A stretch of 32,000 bases of DNA from an uncultured Planctomycetia bacterium (lineage in GTDB: Bacteria; Omnitrophota; Gorgyraeia; Duberdicusellales; 4484-171). The stretch lies in assembly GCA_964536865.1 (NCBI GenBank), contig CAZHYN010000013.1, positions 14,513-46,512 of the forward strand, given 5' to 3'. Shown in pieces: positions 8,082 to 16,417 of this stretch. The notes beneath the pieces were generated by a model, which was not told where the DNA came from, made no database searches, and saw only the letters and a program-made list of their open reading frames with translations. How positions within the stretch are numbered: position 1 is the stretch's first letter; each line of letters opens with the position of its first letter. Both the position numbers and the translations under genes were made by a program.

Positions 8082-8125
8082 AAGCCGAACTACTTTAGCC
8101 TTTAGGAGAGTAGTTCGGCTTTTTT
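8082..8125 (+). terminator. rho-independent terminator (riboswitch expression platform)
   Basis: Perfect 13-bp stem AAGCCGAACUACU (8082-8094) / AGUAGUUCGGCUU (8109-8121), extendable by 2 bp. It runs straight into UUUUUUGUU. Confidence 0.8.
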
Positions 8126-8146
8126 GTTCTCCGAGAGATAAAAAAC

Positions 8147-8175
8147 TTGACTTACTCTTAAAAAGCTGATATTCT
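8147..8175 (+). promoter_or_regulatory. possible second promoter directly upstream of the pilin gene
   Basis: TTGACT (8147-8152), 17-nt spacer, TATTCT (8170-8175). The -10 element is weak. Confidence 0.3.
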
Positions 8176-8199
8176 TAATAAAGAAAGGAGGTGAGTAAG

Positions 8200-8559
8200 A
8201 TGCGCAGAGGTTTTACTCTTATTGAATTAATTATGATTATCGTTATCATTGGTATTTTAGCAGCTATTGCTATCCCTAAATTTATTGACTTAAGAACTGA
8301 TGCCCAAAAGGCTTCTTGTTTTGGTAGTGCTGCAGCAATTCAAACTGCTCTTTCTAACTATTATGCCCGCCAGGCTATAAAAGGAAGCCCTGGTTTTCCT
8401 AGCACCTTACATGATACATCCTTTACTAGTGAGTATTTCACTGAAGCTACTCTTCCTGATCATCCCAAAGGATGGGATTGGGATACCTATTATAGCAGTA
8501 ATACCGGGGCTCTTCATACTGGTAAAGGGGCAGATAGCGGAGCCTGTACAAACTTTTAA
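8200..8559 (+). CDS. type IV pilin / pseudopilin with prepilin N-terminal cleavage-methylation motif
   Basis: MRRG/FTLIELIMIIVIIGILAAIAIPKF class-III signal with Glu at +5. GGAGG (8187-8191) lies 8 nt before the ATG at 8200, so I prefer 8200 to the GTG at 8191 in the ORF track. Confidence 0.9.
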   Translation: MRRGFTLIELIMIIVIIGILAAIAIPKFIDLRTDAQKASCFGSAAAIQTALSNYYARQAIKGSPGFPSTLHDTSFTSEYFTEATLPDHPKGWDWDTYYSSNTGALHTGKGADSGACTNF

Positions 8560-8580
8560 TAGCTGAGTTCCTAAGACTAC

Positions 8581-8612
8581 ATAAACCCCGCTTTTTTAAA
8601 AGCGGGGTTTAT
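8581..8612. terminator. bidirectional intrinsic terminator between convergent genes
   Basis: AUAAACCCCGC (8581-8591) / GCGGGGUUUAU (8602-8612) with T-rich and A-rich flanks. It overlaps the last codons of the minus-strand GT-C gene. Confidence 0.75.
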
Positions 8613-10488
8613 TATTTTTATCTCTAAGAATAAGCTTACTTAAGGAGAGGGCAGGCCTAAATTGAGGGTTAAGACTAATTGTTTTTTCTAGCTCCTTTAA
8701 AAAGAGTGGATTCTTCAATTTCATATAAACCAATGCCAGAGCATAATGAGAATAATACCAGTCAGGTTTAATTTCTATAGATTTCTGGTAAAGCTGTTGG
8801 GCTTTGTGTAAATCTCCCTTTTTCTCATAAATTTTTCCCCATAGAAAGTAAGAGTAGAATTCAAAAGGGTTTATTTCTATAGCTTTTTTTATATATCTTT
8901 CTGCCATAGTTAGCTTATTTTCCTCTATATAGATTCGTGCTAACGCTTGGTAAGCTCGTTCACTGTAAGGATTTAATTTTAGAGCTTTGTTTAAATAATA
9001 AAGAGCCTTCTCTTTATCGTTCTTTTTTTCGTAAAGAGTGGCTAAGTTAGTATAGATCTGATATACTCTTGCTTGGTTAGGTTCTAGTTTTAAAGCTTCA
9101 CTTAAATATTTTATTGCCTCATCATATTTTCCTTCCATGAAGTAAGTACCTGCTAAATTAACATATATTCCCGCCTTCCAATCTATATCTTTGGTAGAGA
9201 TAGTCAGAGCCTTAAAAAATATTTTCCTTGCCTTTTTTAAATACCCCTTCTCTTTATAACTTACCCCTAAATTTAGCCAGTTTCCTATATGTTGGGGCTC
9301 TTTTTCTGTGCCTTTTCTCCACACTAAGGTAGGATAGTTAAGTTGACAATTTCTTTCCACAGTGAATATAGATAGAATGAAGATTACTCCTAATGCAGGA
9401 TACAAAAAGTATCTTTTGTTTTTTATATAAAAATTTTTAAAAACCTCCATCAGAATTATGTATATACCTATACTGGGAAGATAAAAGTGGTGTTCCATAG
9501 CAGGTACTTTTAAGGTCGCATAAAACTTCGGAAGAAGCATTAAGAGATACCAAAAAACCCCTAAACTTAAAAGATATATTCTTTTTCTTAAGAGTAGAAG
9601 AGTAAATACAAGAATAATTATTCCCATCAAAGGAAAAAAACCTTGAGGTTGAAGAATAGAATTTAGCTGAGGGTAATAATGCAGGAAATTAAGATTATCG
9701 GGAAATAAAAATAATCTCAGATAGAAAAAGCTTACCCAACTTTGAATAAGAATATTAGAAAGCGGACTCCTTAATCCTCCAGGAGTAATTCCCTTAAAGA
9801 AGGCTTTTTTGTAAAGAAAATAGAGGAGAGAAATAGTGATGAGAGAAAATAAAAGAAAAATATTCTTCTTCTCTTTAAAAGTGAATTTAAGACTCCTATA
9901 TTGATAAAGAAGGTAGTGGCCTCCTATCAAAAGCGGAAAACATAGCCCTGTTTCCTTAGTTAGCAGAGAAAATACATACAGTAAACAACTTAAAGCATAT
10001 CTTTTCTTTAAATAAAGTAAGAATCCCCCCAAAATAAAAAAAGTTACCATCAAATCCGACCTACTAGATATGTAACTGACCGCTTCGGTATTTATAGGGT
10101 GAACTAAAAACAAAAGGATTATAAGAAAGGCTAAGGTTTTGGGGGTATCTTTTTTTAGAGAAGTTAATAAAAAGTAGAGAAGAGTAGCATTTAAGAAGTG
10201 AAGAAGAACATTTATGATGCGGTACCCCACAGGGTTAAGACCTCCACCCCAATAATTAAAAGCAAAACTAAGCATAAGAAGAGGTCTACACATTCCTTTG
10301 GGGATGGGGTAGCTGGTAACATATCCTTTAAAAAACAGAGGGAAGTATTTTGGATTTTTTATGAAAGTATTTTCTTCTATCATATAGTAGTCATCGAAGA
10401 TAAAGGGAGCATTAAGAGCACTGCTATAGGTAAGAAGAGAGATAACTACTAAAGAAAGTATTACAAGATAATCAATTTTACTTTTCAC
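8596..10488 (-). CDS. GT-C fold glycosyltransferase, TMTC/PMT_2-like multi-pass membrane domain plus C-terminal TPR domain (paralog A)
   Basis: 630 aa. N-terminal loop motif PFIFDDYYMI (the FxFDD acidic motif of PMT/TMTC-type GT-C enzymes), about 10 hydrophobic helices, then about 230 aa of TPR repeats. 11-nt overlap with the upstream paralog. Confidence 0.8.
   Translation of the reverse strand: MKSKIDYLVILSLVVISLLTYSSALNAPFIFDDYYMIEENTFIKNPKYFPLFFKGYVTSYPIPKGMCRPLLMLSFAFNYWGGGLNPVGYRIINVLLHFLNATLLYFLLTSLKKDTPKTLAFLIILLFLVHPINTEAVSYISSRSDLMVTFFILGGFLLYLKKRYALSCLLYVFSLLTKETGLCFPLLIGGHYLLYQYRSLKFTFKEKKNIFLLFSLITISLLYFLYKKAFFKGITPGGLRSPLSNILIQSWVSFFYLRLFLFPDNLNFLHYYPQLNSILQPQGFFPLMGIIILVFTLLLLRKRIYLLSLGVFWYLLMLLPKFYATLKVPAMEHHFYLPSIGIYIILMEVFKNFYIKNKRYFLYPALGVIFILSIFTVERNCQLNYPTLVWRKGTEKEPQHIGNWLNLGVSYKEKGYLKKARKIFFKALTISTKDIDWKAGIYVNLAGTYFMEGKYDEAIKYLSEALKLEPNQARVYQIYTNLATLYEKKNDKEKALYYLNKALKLNPYSERAYQALARIYIEENKLTMAERYIKKAIEINPFEFYSYFLWGKIYEKKGDLHKAQQLYQKSIEIKPDWYYSHYALALVYMKLKNPLFLKELEKTISLNPQFRPALSLSKLILRDKNNKPRF
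9925..10365. repeat. 441-bp direct repeat, copy 1 (inside paralog A)
   Basis: Base-by-base comparison with 11900-12340 (offset 1975) shows no mismatch. Flanks diverge immediately (9924 c vs 11899 a; 10366 a vs 12341 g). Confidence 0.95.
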
Positions 10489-12457
10489 TTTTTCTGAGGT
10501 TATCCTCTATTATCTTCAGAAATTCGTTATCTACTCTAAACCCTAAAGATTTAGCAATCAAAGCATACTTTCTTGCCAAATCCCATCGGGGAGGAATTAA
10601 AGAAGCATAAACTACAGCTAAGTCATTATAAGCAGGGGCAAAACTAGGGTCAATGCTAATTACTTTTTTAAATTCGGAGAGTGCTCTGCCATCTCCTATT
10701 CTTGCATAAAGAGTACCTAAATAGTAATGAGAATTCCGATGCTTGGGATTAAAGTATATTGATTTTTTGTACATCTCTATTGCTTTTTTATAGTTGTTTT
10801 TCTCTTGAAAGATTTGTGCTAAACCATAATAGCCTCCATAGTAAGTAGGATTTATCTGAATTGCTTTTTTAAACATTTCTTTTGCTTTAAAAAGATTTCC
10901 TTCCTTAAGGTAAAAGAAGGCTAAGTTACATCCAGCTTCCACAGAGGCAGGGTAGAGCTGTAGTTCTCTAAGCCAGGCTTCCTCAGCCTTCTTTTTCTTA
11001 CCCATTTTTGAATAAATGATCCCTAATAAATTATAACTACCCATAGGCGGAATTTTCACTGATTTGGTAGCATCGTTTATTAACTTTAACGCTTTTTCGT
11101 ATTTTCTCTGTTTTATGTAGATGTGCGCTAAATTGCCTCTAGCATTAACTATACTCTCTATCCTATCTGCAGTATTTATTGCTTTTATAAATTCTTTTTC
11201 TGCTTGGAATGTGGCTCCCATCTTTAGATACACCAGTCCTAACTGATTAAGAATGGTTGCTGATTTAGGGTTTCTCTGTGCAGAGATTTTCCAGAAAACT
11301 AAGGGATTTCTGTATTCATAGCTTCTAATTAGAGTAAAAGATGCCAAGATAGAGATAATTCCTATAACGAAATAGGTAAAGTACTTGGTATACTTTAGAT
11401 AGATTCTTCTTAAGATACTTATCAAAACTATATAGATGCCTATACTAGAAAGATAAAAATGGTGCTCCATAGCAGGGAAGCTAAGCCGGGCATAAAATTT
11501 GGGAAGCAAACCTATAAGCAGCCAGCTTAATCCGATACTTATTAAGAAGTTCTTCTTAATAAAGAGGAGAGCTAAGATAATTAAACCTACTATTCCTAAG
11601 GTTGAGAATAATACAGGGAAATGAAAAAGAGAACCAAACTCCGGAAGATAGTGAATGATATTTAAGGAATGAGGGAGAACGAGTAATTTAAAGTAAAGAA
11701 GAGTTACTACCGACTGAAGAAGAATGTTTTGGTAGTAAGAACGAGGTATCCTTGCAGGAGTGGAGGAAAAGACCTTCGATTTATAGATGAGATACAGTAA
11801 AGTAATTAAAACTATTCCTATGTAGACAAACTTTCTTTTCCCTATATCTTTTTTAGAAAGAGGATAGTCTTTTATAAAGTAGATAAACTCATAGCTTAAT
11901 ATCAAAAGCGGAAAACATAGCCCTGTTTCCTTAGTTAGCAGAGAAAATACATACAGTAAACAACTTAAAGCATATCTTTTCTTTAAATAAAGTAAGAATC
12001 CCCCCAAAATAAAAAAAGTTACCATCAAATCCGACCTACTAGATATGTAACTGACCGCTTCGGTATTTATAGGGTGAACTAAAAACAAAAGGATTATAAG
12101 AAAGGCTAAGGTTTTGGGGGTATCTTTTTTTAGAGAAGTTAATAAAAAGTAGAGAAGAGTAGCATTTAAGAAGTGAAGAAGAACATTTATGATGCGGTAC
12201 CCCACAGGGTTAAGACCTCCACCCCAATAATTAAAAGCAAAACTAAGCATAAGAAGAGGTCTACACATTCCTTTGGGGATGGGGTAGCTGGTAACATATC
12301 CTTTAAAAAACAGAGGGAAGTATTTTGGATTTTTTATGAAGGTGTTATTTACAATCATATGGTTGTCATCAAATAGGAAAGATCCATTTAAGGAAGGTAG
12401 GTATATAAGAAAAGATAGACTTGCAAAAATAATTATAAAGATTTTCTCTATTTTCAT
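10478..12457 (-). CDS. GT-C fold glycosyltransferase, TMTC/PMT_2-like membrane domain plus C-terminal TPR domain (paralog B)
   Basis: 659 aa with motif SFLFDDNHMI and the same architecture as paralog A. Residues ~40-186 are identical to paralog A and the rest is clearly diverged. Confidence 0.8.
   Translation of the reverse strand: MKIEKIFIIIFASLSFLIYLPSLNGSFLFDDNHMIVNNTFIKNPKYFPLFFKGYVTSYPIPKGMCRPLLMLSFAFNYWGGGLNPVGYRIINVLLHFLNATLLYFLLTSLKKDTPKTLAFLIILLFLVHPINTEAVSYISSRSDLMVTFFILGGFLLYLKKRYALSCLLYVFSLLTKETGLCFPLLILSYEFIYFIKDYPLSKKDIGKRKFVYIGIVLITLLYLIYKSKVFSSTPARIPRSYYQNILLQSVVTLLYFKLLVLPHSLNIIHYLPEFGSLFHFPVLFSTLGIVGLIILALLFIKKNFLISIGLSWLLIGLLPKFYARLSFPAMEHHFYLSSIGIYIVLISILRRIYLKYTKYFTYFVIGIISILASFTLIRSYEYRNPLVFWKISAQRNPKSATILNQLGLVYLKMGATFQAEKEFIKAINTADRIESIVNARGNLAHIYIKQRKYEKALKLINDATKSVKIPPMGSYNLLGIIYSKMGKKKKAEEAWLRELQLYPASVEAGCNLAFFYLKEGNLFKAKEMFKKAIQINPTYYGGYYGLAQIFQEKNNYKKAIEMYKKSIYFNPKHRNSHYYLGTLYARIGDGRALSEFKKVISIDPSFAPAYNDLAVVYASLIPPRWDLARKYALIAKSLGFRVDNEFLKIIEDNLRKSEK
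11900..12340. repeat. 441-bp direct repeat, copy 2 (inside paralog B)
   Basis: Identical to 9925-10365. Confidence 0.95.
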
Positions 12458-12580
12458 AAACTTACTTTAAAATTATATCATATACTTTCTGTAATTTATA
12501 ATAAAATCAGAGAAAGAAGATACCGAATAGAGAAGAATAAAATACTTGTCAAAATTTAAAAAGATTTTATTATAAAATTG

Positions 12581-13441
12581 ATGGGAGTAACAGTCATTTT
12601 GCCTGCTTATAACGAAGCTAAGAATCTGGAAGAGCTCTTACCGAAAGTTTTTCAAGTCTTAAGTGGGAATAATGTAGAGATTATTGTTGTAGATGATGCT
12701 TCCCAAGATAATACTTCCGAAGTAGCTGAAAAATACGGAGCCAAAGTAATAAGAAATCCTTATAATATGGGAAACGGAGCAAGTATAAAAAGAGGAATAA
12801 GAGAGGCAAAAAATGAGATATTAGTTTTAATGGATGCCGATGGTCAGCATCCTCCAGAGGAGATCCCTAAACTACTTAAAGATTTGAATAGTTTTGATAT
12901 GGTGATAGGGGCACGTTTAAATACTCCTCAAGTGTGGTGGCGCTATTTTGCTAATAAAATGTATAACTTTTTAGCTTCCTATGTGAGTGGGATAAGAATA
13001 AAGGATTTAACTTCGGGATTTAGGGGAGTTAAGAAGAGCAGAGTAGTTAAATTTTTATACCTTTTACCAAATACCTTTTCTTATCCTTCTACTTTAACTT
13101 TATCTTTTATAAAAGCTGCCTATCCGATAAAATTTGTCCCTATTAGAGTTTTGCCAAGAAGAGAAGGGAGAAGCAAAATCAATCTCTTAAGTGATGGATT
13201 AAGGTTTTTTATTATTATTGTACGTATTGCTGTCTTTTTTTCTCCCTTAAAAGTATTTTTACCAATAGCTTTGTTTTTCTTTCTCTGTGGGTTTTTCTAT
13301 TACCTCTACACGTTTTTGAGTTTCCACCGTTTTACAAACATGAGTGCGGTGCTTCTTACAACCTCGGTGATAATTTTTATGTTAGGCTTAGTATCAGAAC
13401 AGATAGCGAATTTGAGGATGGAAAAAATAGATGATAGATAA
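12581..13441 (+). CDS. GT2 family polyprenyl-phosphate sugar synthase-like glycosyltransferase (Dpm1/GtrB/ArnC type) with C-terminal TM helices
   Basis: VILPAYNEAKNLEELL, VVDDASQDNT and DADGQHPPEE motifs, plus two C-terminal hydrophobic helices. ATG at 12581 is preferred over TTG at 12578. No Shine-Dalgarno is visible, and a TTGTCA...TTATAA promoter-like pair ends about 5 nt upstream. Confidence 0.85.
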   Translation: MGVTVILPAYNEAKNLEELLPKVFQVLSGNNVEIIVVDDASQDNTSEVAEKYGAKVIRNPYNMGNGASIKRGIREAKNEILVLMDADGQHPPEEIPKLLKDLNSFDMVIGARLNTPQVWWRYFANKMYNFLASYVSGIRIKDLTSGFRGVKKSRVVKFLYLLPNTFSYPSTLTLSFIKAAYPIKFVPIRVLPRREGRSKINLLSDGLRFFIIIVRIAVFFSPLKVFLPIALFFFLCGFFYYLYTFLSFHRFTNMSAVLLTTSVIIFMLGLVSEQIANLRMEKIDDR

Positions 13442-13498
13442 GAACCCTCTCTATTCTTTTCTTATGTTTCTACAGAAGGATATCTTCTCTCAATCCTT

Positions 13499-14572
13499 AT
13501 GAGTAAGAAAAGGATGTTAATAATTTCTCTCTCCGGAATAGGAAATACTCTGTTAGCTTTACCATTTTTAACCTCATTAAAAGATAACTTCTCCTCTGCT
13601 CAAATAGATTTGGTGTGTTTAACCCAAGGCATAGTCGAGTTATTAAGCCCCAGGGGCCTTATAGATAACTTTTATGTATTTTCTAGAAACATAGTCAAAG
13701 TTTTATTTATGATTCTTAGATTAAGAAGAAATAAATATCTTTATTCATTTACTATATTTCCTTCCAACAAGTGGCAATTTGATTTAGTGGCATTTATGAT
13801 AGGAGCAAGGTATAGGGTCACTCATTGTTATAAGTATAGGAGCAAGATAAACTTAAGTTTTCTTCAAAACATAAGAATTAAGGCAGAGGAAACTCTTCAT
13901 GATGTCGAGCAAAATCTAAATTTTTTGAAGATTTTCAATATCAATTCTAGCCAAAGGGAGGTAGAACTATTTTTAGATGATAGAGAGTTAGCTTTTGCTG
14001 AAGATTTTCTTAAAAATAAAGGGTTACAGGAAGCATTCTTAGTTGGTATTCACCCGGGAGGAGGGGGGCGATTAAGTAAAAAATGGCAGGGAAGGTTTAA
14101 AAGGTGGCCAGTGAGCTATTTCTCTAAACTCTGTGATAGGCTAATAGAGCAAAAGGGAACTAAGATCTTAATATTTGGGGGAAGAGAGGAGAGTGAAATC
14201 AAGAAGGAGGTGAAAAGAATAGCTAGTCACAAAGAGAGCCTTTTTATCATTGAGGAACTATCTTTAAGGAGAGTTTCTGCACTCATTAAAAAATGTAAAT
14301 TATTTATTTCTAATGATACTGCTTTAATGCATATCAGTGCTGCCTTAGGTGTTTCTACACTAGGTATTTTTGGTCCTACTAACTGGCGAAGAACCGCTCC
14401 TTATTCTAATTCCGGTTATTATATTTCTTCAGATATTCCTTGTTCTCCCTGTTTAAAATATCCCTTTTTTTCTAGTAGCAGTAAGATCAAATGTAATAAA
14501 GGAGTAAAATGTTTGAAGGAAATTACTGTAGAAAAAGTTATGGATAAATTAAAAGAGTTGAATTTGATATGA
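13499..14572 (+). CDS. glycosyltransferase family 9 (heptosyltransferase-like)
   Basis: N-terminal LIISLSGIGNTLLALPF and C-terminal ISNDTALMHISAALGVSTLGIFGPTN, both typical GT9 signatures. Confidence 0.85.
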   Translation: MSKKRMLIISLSGIGNTLLALPFLTSLKDNFSSAQIDLVCLTQGIVELLSPRGLIDNFYVFSRNIVKVLFMILRLRRNKYLYSFTIFPSNKWQFDLVAFMIGARYRVTHCYKYRSKINLSFLQNIRIKAEETLHDVEQNLNFLKIFNINSSQREVELFLDDRELAFAEDFLKNKGLQEAFLVGIHPGGGGRLSKKWQGRFKRWPVSYFSKLCDRLIEQKGTKILIFGGREESEIKKEVKRIASHKESLFIIEELSLRRVSALIKKCKLFISNDTALMHISAALGVSTLGIFGPTNWRRTAPYSNSGYYISSDIPCSPCLKYPFFSSSSKIKCNKGVKCLKEITVEKVMDKLKELNLI

Positions 14573-14659
14573 GATTTTTCCTTACGAAAATATTTTTAAA
14601 AGTATAGTAAACAGAAACACTCTTTTTATTTGGAGGAGGAGATAATAGAATAAATACCA

Positions 14660-15757
14660 ATGATAAAAGTCTTAGGGATATCTAGAGAGTTTCCTCCTTA
14701 TGATAAAGGAGGAGAGGGGAGAGTATTAGAATATCTGGCTAAGTATTCAAAAAAGTTTGAGGTAGATTTAACAGTAGTTACTGGTTATCCTTTCCTAAAA
14801 AGCTATAAAGAAAGTTATAATGGTATCCAAGTCTACCGTGTTCCTATGATAGGTGATAATTTCTTGACCAAAATTCCGACATTCGCTTATTTTCTCTGGC
14901 AAATTTTAAAAAATATTCAAGATAAATTCGATCTTATCTATAGTATTTCTGTACCAATATTTGGAAAATTAAAAAAACCACTGATAGCTCATTTCCAAAA
15001 TACTAGATACGGAGAGTATATAGCCTGCAGGATGATAAAGAAGAAGATTTATGCCTTTTTAAATAAGATATACATTCCTTTTAATAAGATTCTTCTAAAG
15101 AAAGCTGATGGAGTATTTGTTCTTTCCAGAAATATGATTGAAGAAATTAAAGCCATGAAAGATTGTGAAGGAAAAGAAGTTGTTGTAATTCCCAATGGAG
15201 TTGATACGGAGCTCTTTAAGCCATCTGGGGAGAGAAGATTTACCTCTCAAGAAAAGAAAGTTCTCTACGTAGGTAGGTTAGACGTGAGAAAAGGTATAAG
15301 TACTCTTTTTTATGCTCTTAAGGAGGTAACAAAGAGAGTAAAAGTAAAGTTGTTAATTGCAGGAGAGGGTAGGGAGAAAATTAGGTTAACCGCTTTAGCT
15401 AAAGCTTTATCCCTGCCAGTTGAATTTTTAGGGAAGATAACTTATCATGATTTGCCTCAAATTTATGAGAGGGCAGATTTATTTGTTTTACCATCCTTAT
15501 ATGAGCCCTTTGGTATGGTGGCTTTAGAGGCAATGGCGTGTGGGACACCTACCGTTGTCTCCACGGCTTGTCCTATTGAGAGGGTACCTAAATTTAAAAA
15601 AGGAAGTGCGAAGGATCTTGCCGACTTACTTTTAAGTATACTTTCTTCAGAGGAAAAGTTAGTTGAGATTTCTCACCAATGTAGGGAAATAGCAAAAAGA
15701 TACGATTGGGAAAACATTATTTCTAAAATTGTCACTTTCTTTAGGAAATTTGTTTAG
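14660..15757 (+). CDS. glycosyltransferase family 4 (GT-B, RfaG-like)
   Basis: Has the E-x7-E type C-terminal motif region LPSLYEPFGMVALEAMACGTPTV. 365 aa. Confidence 0.85.
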   Translation: MIKVLGISREFPPYDKGGEGRVLEYLAKYSKKFEVDLTVVTGYPFLKSYKESYNGIQVYRVPMIGDNFLTKIPTFAYFLWQILKNIQDKFDLIYSISVPIFGKLKKPLIAHFQNTRYGEYIACRMIKKKIYAFLNKIYIPFNKILLKKADGVFVLSRNMIEEIKAMKDCEGKEVVVIPNGVDTELFKPSGERRFTSQEKKVLYVGRLDVRKGISTLFYALKEVTKRVKVKLLIAGEGREKIRLTALAKALSLPVEFLGKITYHDLPQIYERADLFVLPSLYEPFGMVALEAMACGTPTVVSTACPIERVPKFKKGSAKDLADLLLSILSSEEKLVEISHQCREIAKRYDWENIISKIVTFFRKFV

Positions 15758-15765
15758 AGATAAAG

Positions 15766-16416
15766 ATGAATTATAGACAAGCCTTAGAGGATTCAGCAAA
15801 AATAGAGAGGAACATTCTCAGCCAGTATGAGGAGTTTAAAAAAATAATCTTAGAGAATGTAAGAGGTAAGTGTTTAGAAATTGGTTGTGGTGATGGTTTA
15901 ACAACCGAGTTTTTAAAGAGATATACCTCTAGCCTAATTTCTCTTGATCTCTCATATAGAAGAATCAAGATAGCAAAAAAAGTAAATCCAGAGATACCGT
16001 TTACCCTTTCTGACGCTAGAAACCTCCCCTTTAAAGATGAATTCTTTGATAGTGTATGTGCATTTGAAGTAATAGAGCATCTACCTTCTTACTTCGATCA
16101 TCATAAATTTTTAAAAGAAGTGAGGAGAGTTTTAAAGAAGGGGGGAGTATTTATTGTATCCACACCTAACAGACTTGTATTTAGAATTTATTGTAGATTA
16201 CTAGGAGAGAAACATACTACCCATTTTTCTGAGCTTACCTACTTCCAGTTTCGAAAGATACTTAGAGAGTACTTTACCCCAGTTAAGCTCTATGGCCAGT
16301 TTGGCTGGCTATCTCTTTTTTATAAGTTGCCCCCTGTGAAGCTGATTCATTTTCTCTTGAGTAAGCTAACTTTTCTCTGTAAAGGATTATTAGGGGTGTG
16401 TGTAAAACTAACCTAG
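15766..16416 (+). CDS. class I SAM-dependent methyltransferase
   Basis: Motif I LEIGCGDG, post-I acidic residue (LDLS) and motif II/III context (DSVCAFEVIEHL, GGVFIVSTPN). Confidence 0.8.
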   Translation: MNYRQALEDSAKIERNILSQYEEFKKIILENVRGKCLEIGCGDGLTTEFLKRYTSSLISLDLSYRRIKIAKKVNPEIPFTLSDARNLPFKDEFFDSVCAFEVIEHLPSYFDHHKFLKEVRRVLKKGGVFIVSTPNRLVFRIYCRLLGEKHTTHFSELTYFQFRKILREYFTPVKLYGQFGWLSLFYKLPPVKLIHFLLSKLTFLCKGLLGVCVKLT

Positions 16417-16417
16417 A

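Noticed and set aside
10198-10452. 84-aa plus-strand ORF and its near-twin at 12173-12376
   Set aside because: Both are antisense to the GT-C genes and resemble each other only because they fall inside the 441-bp identical repeat. They have no RBS and no plausible domain.
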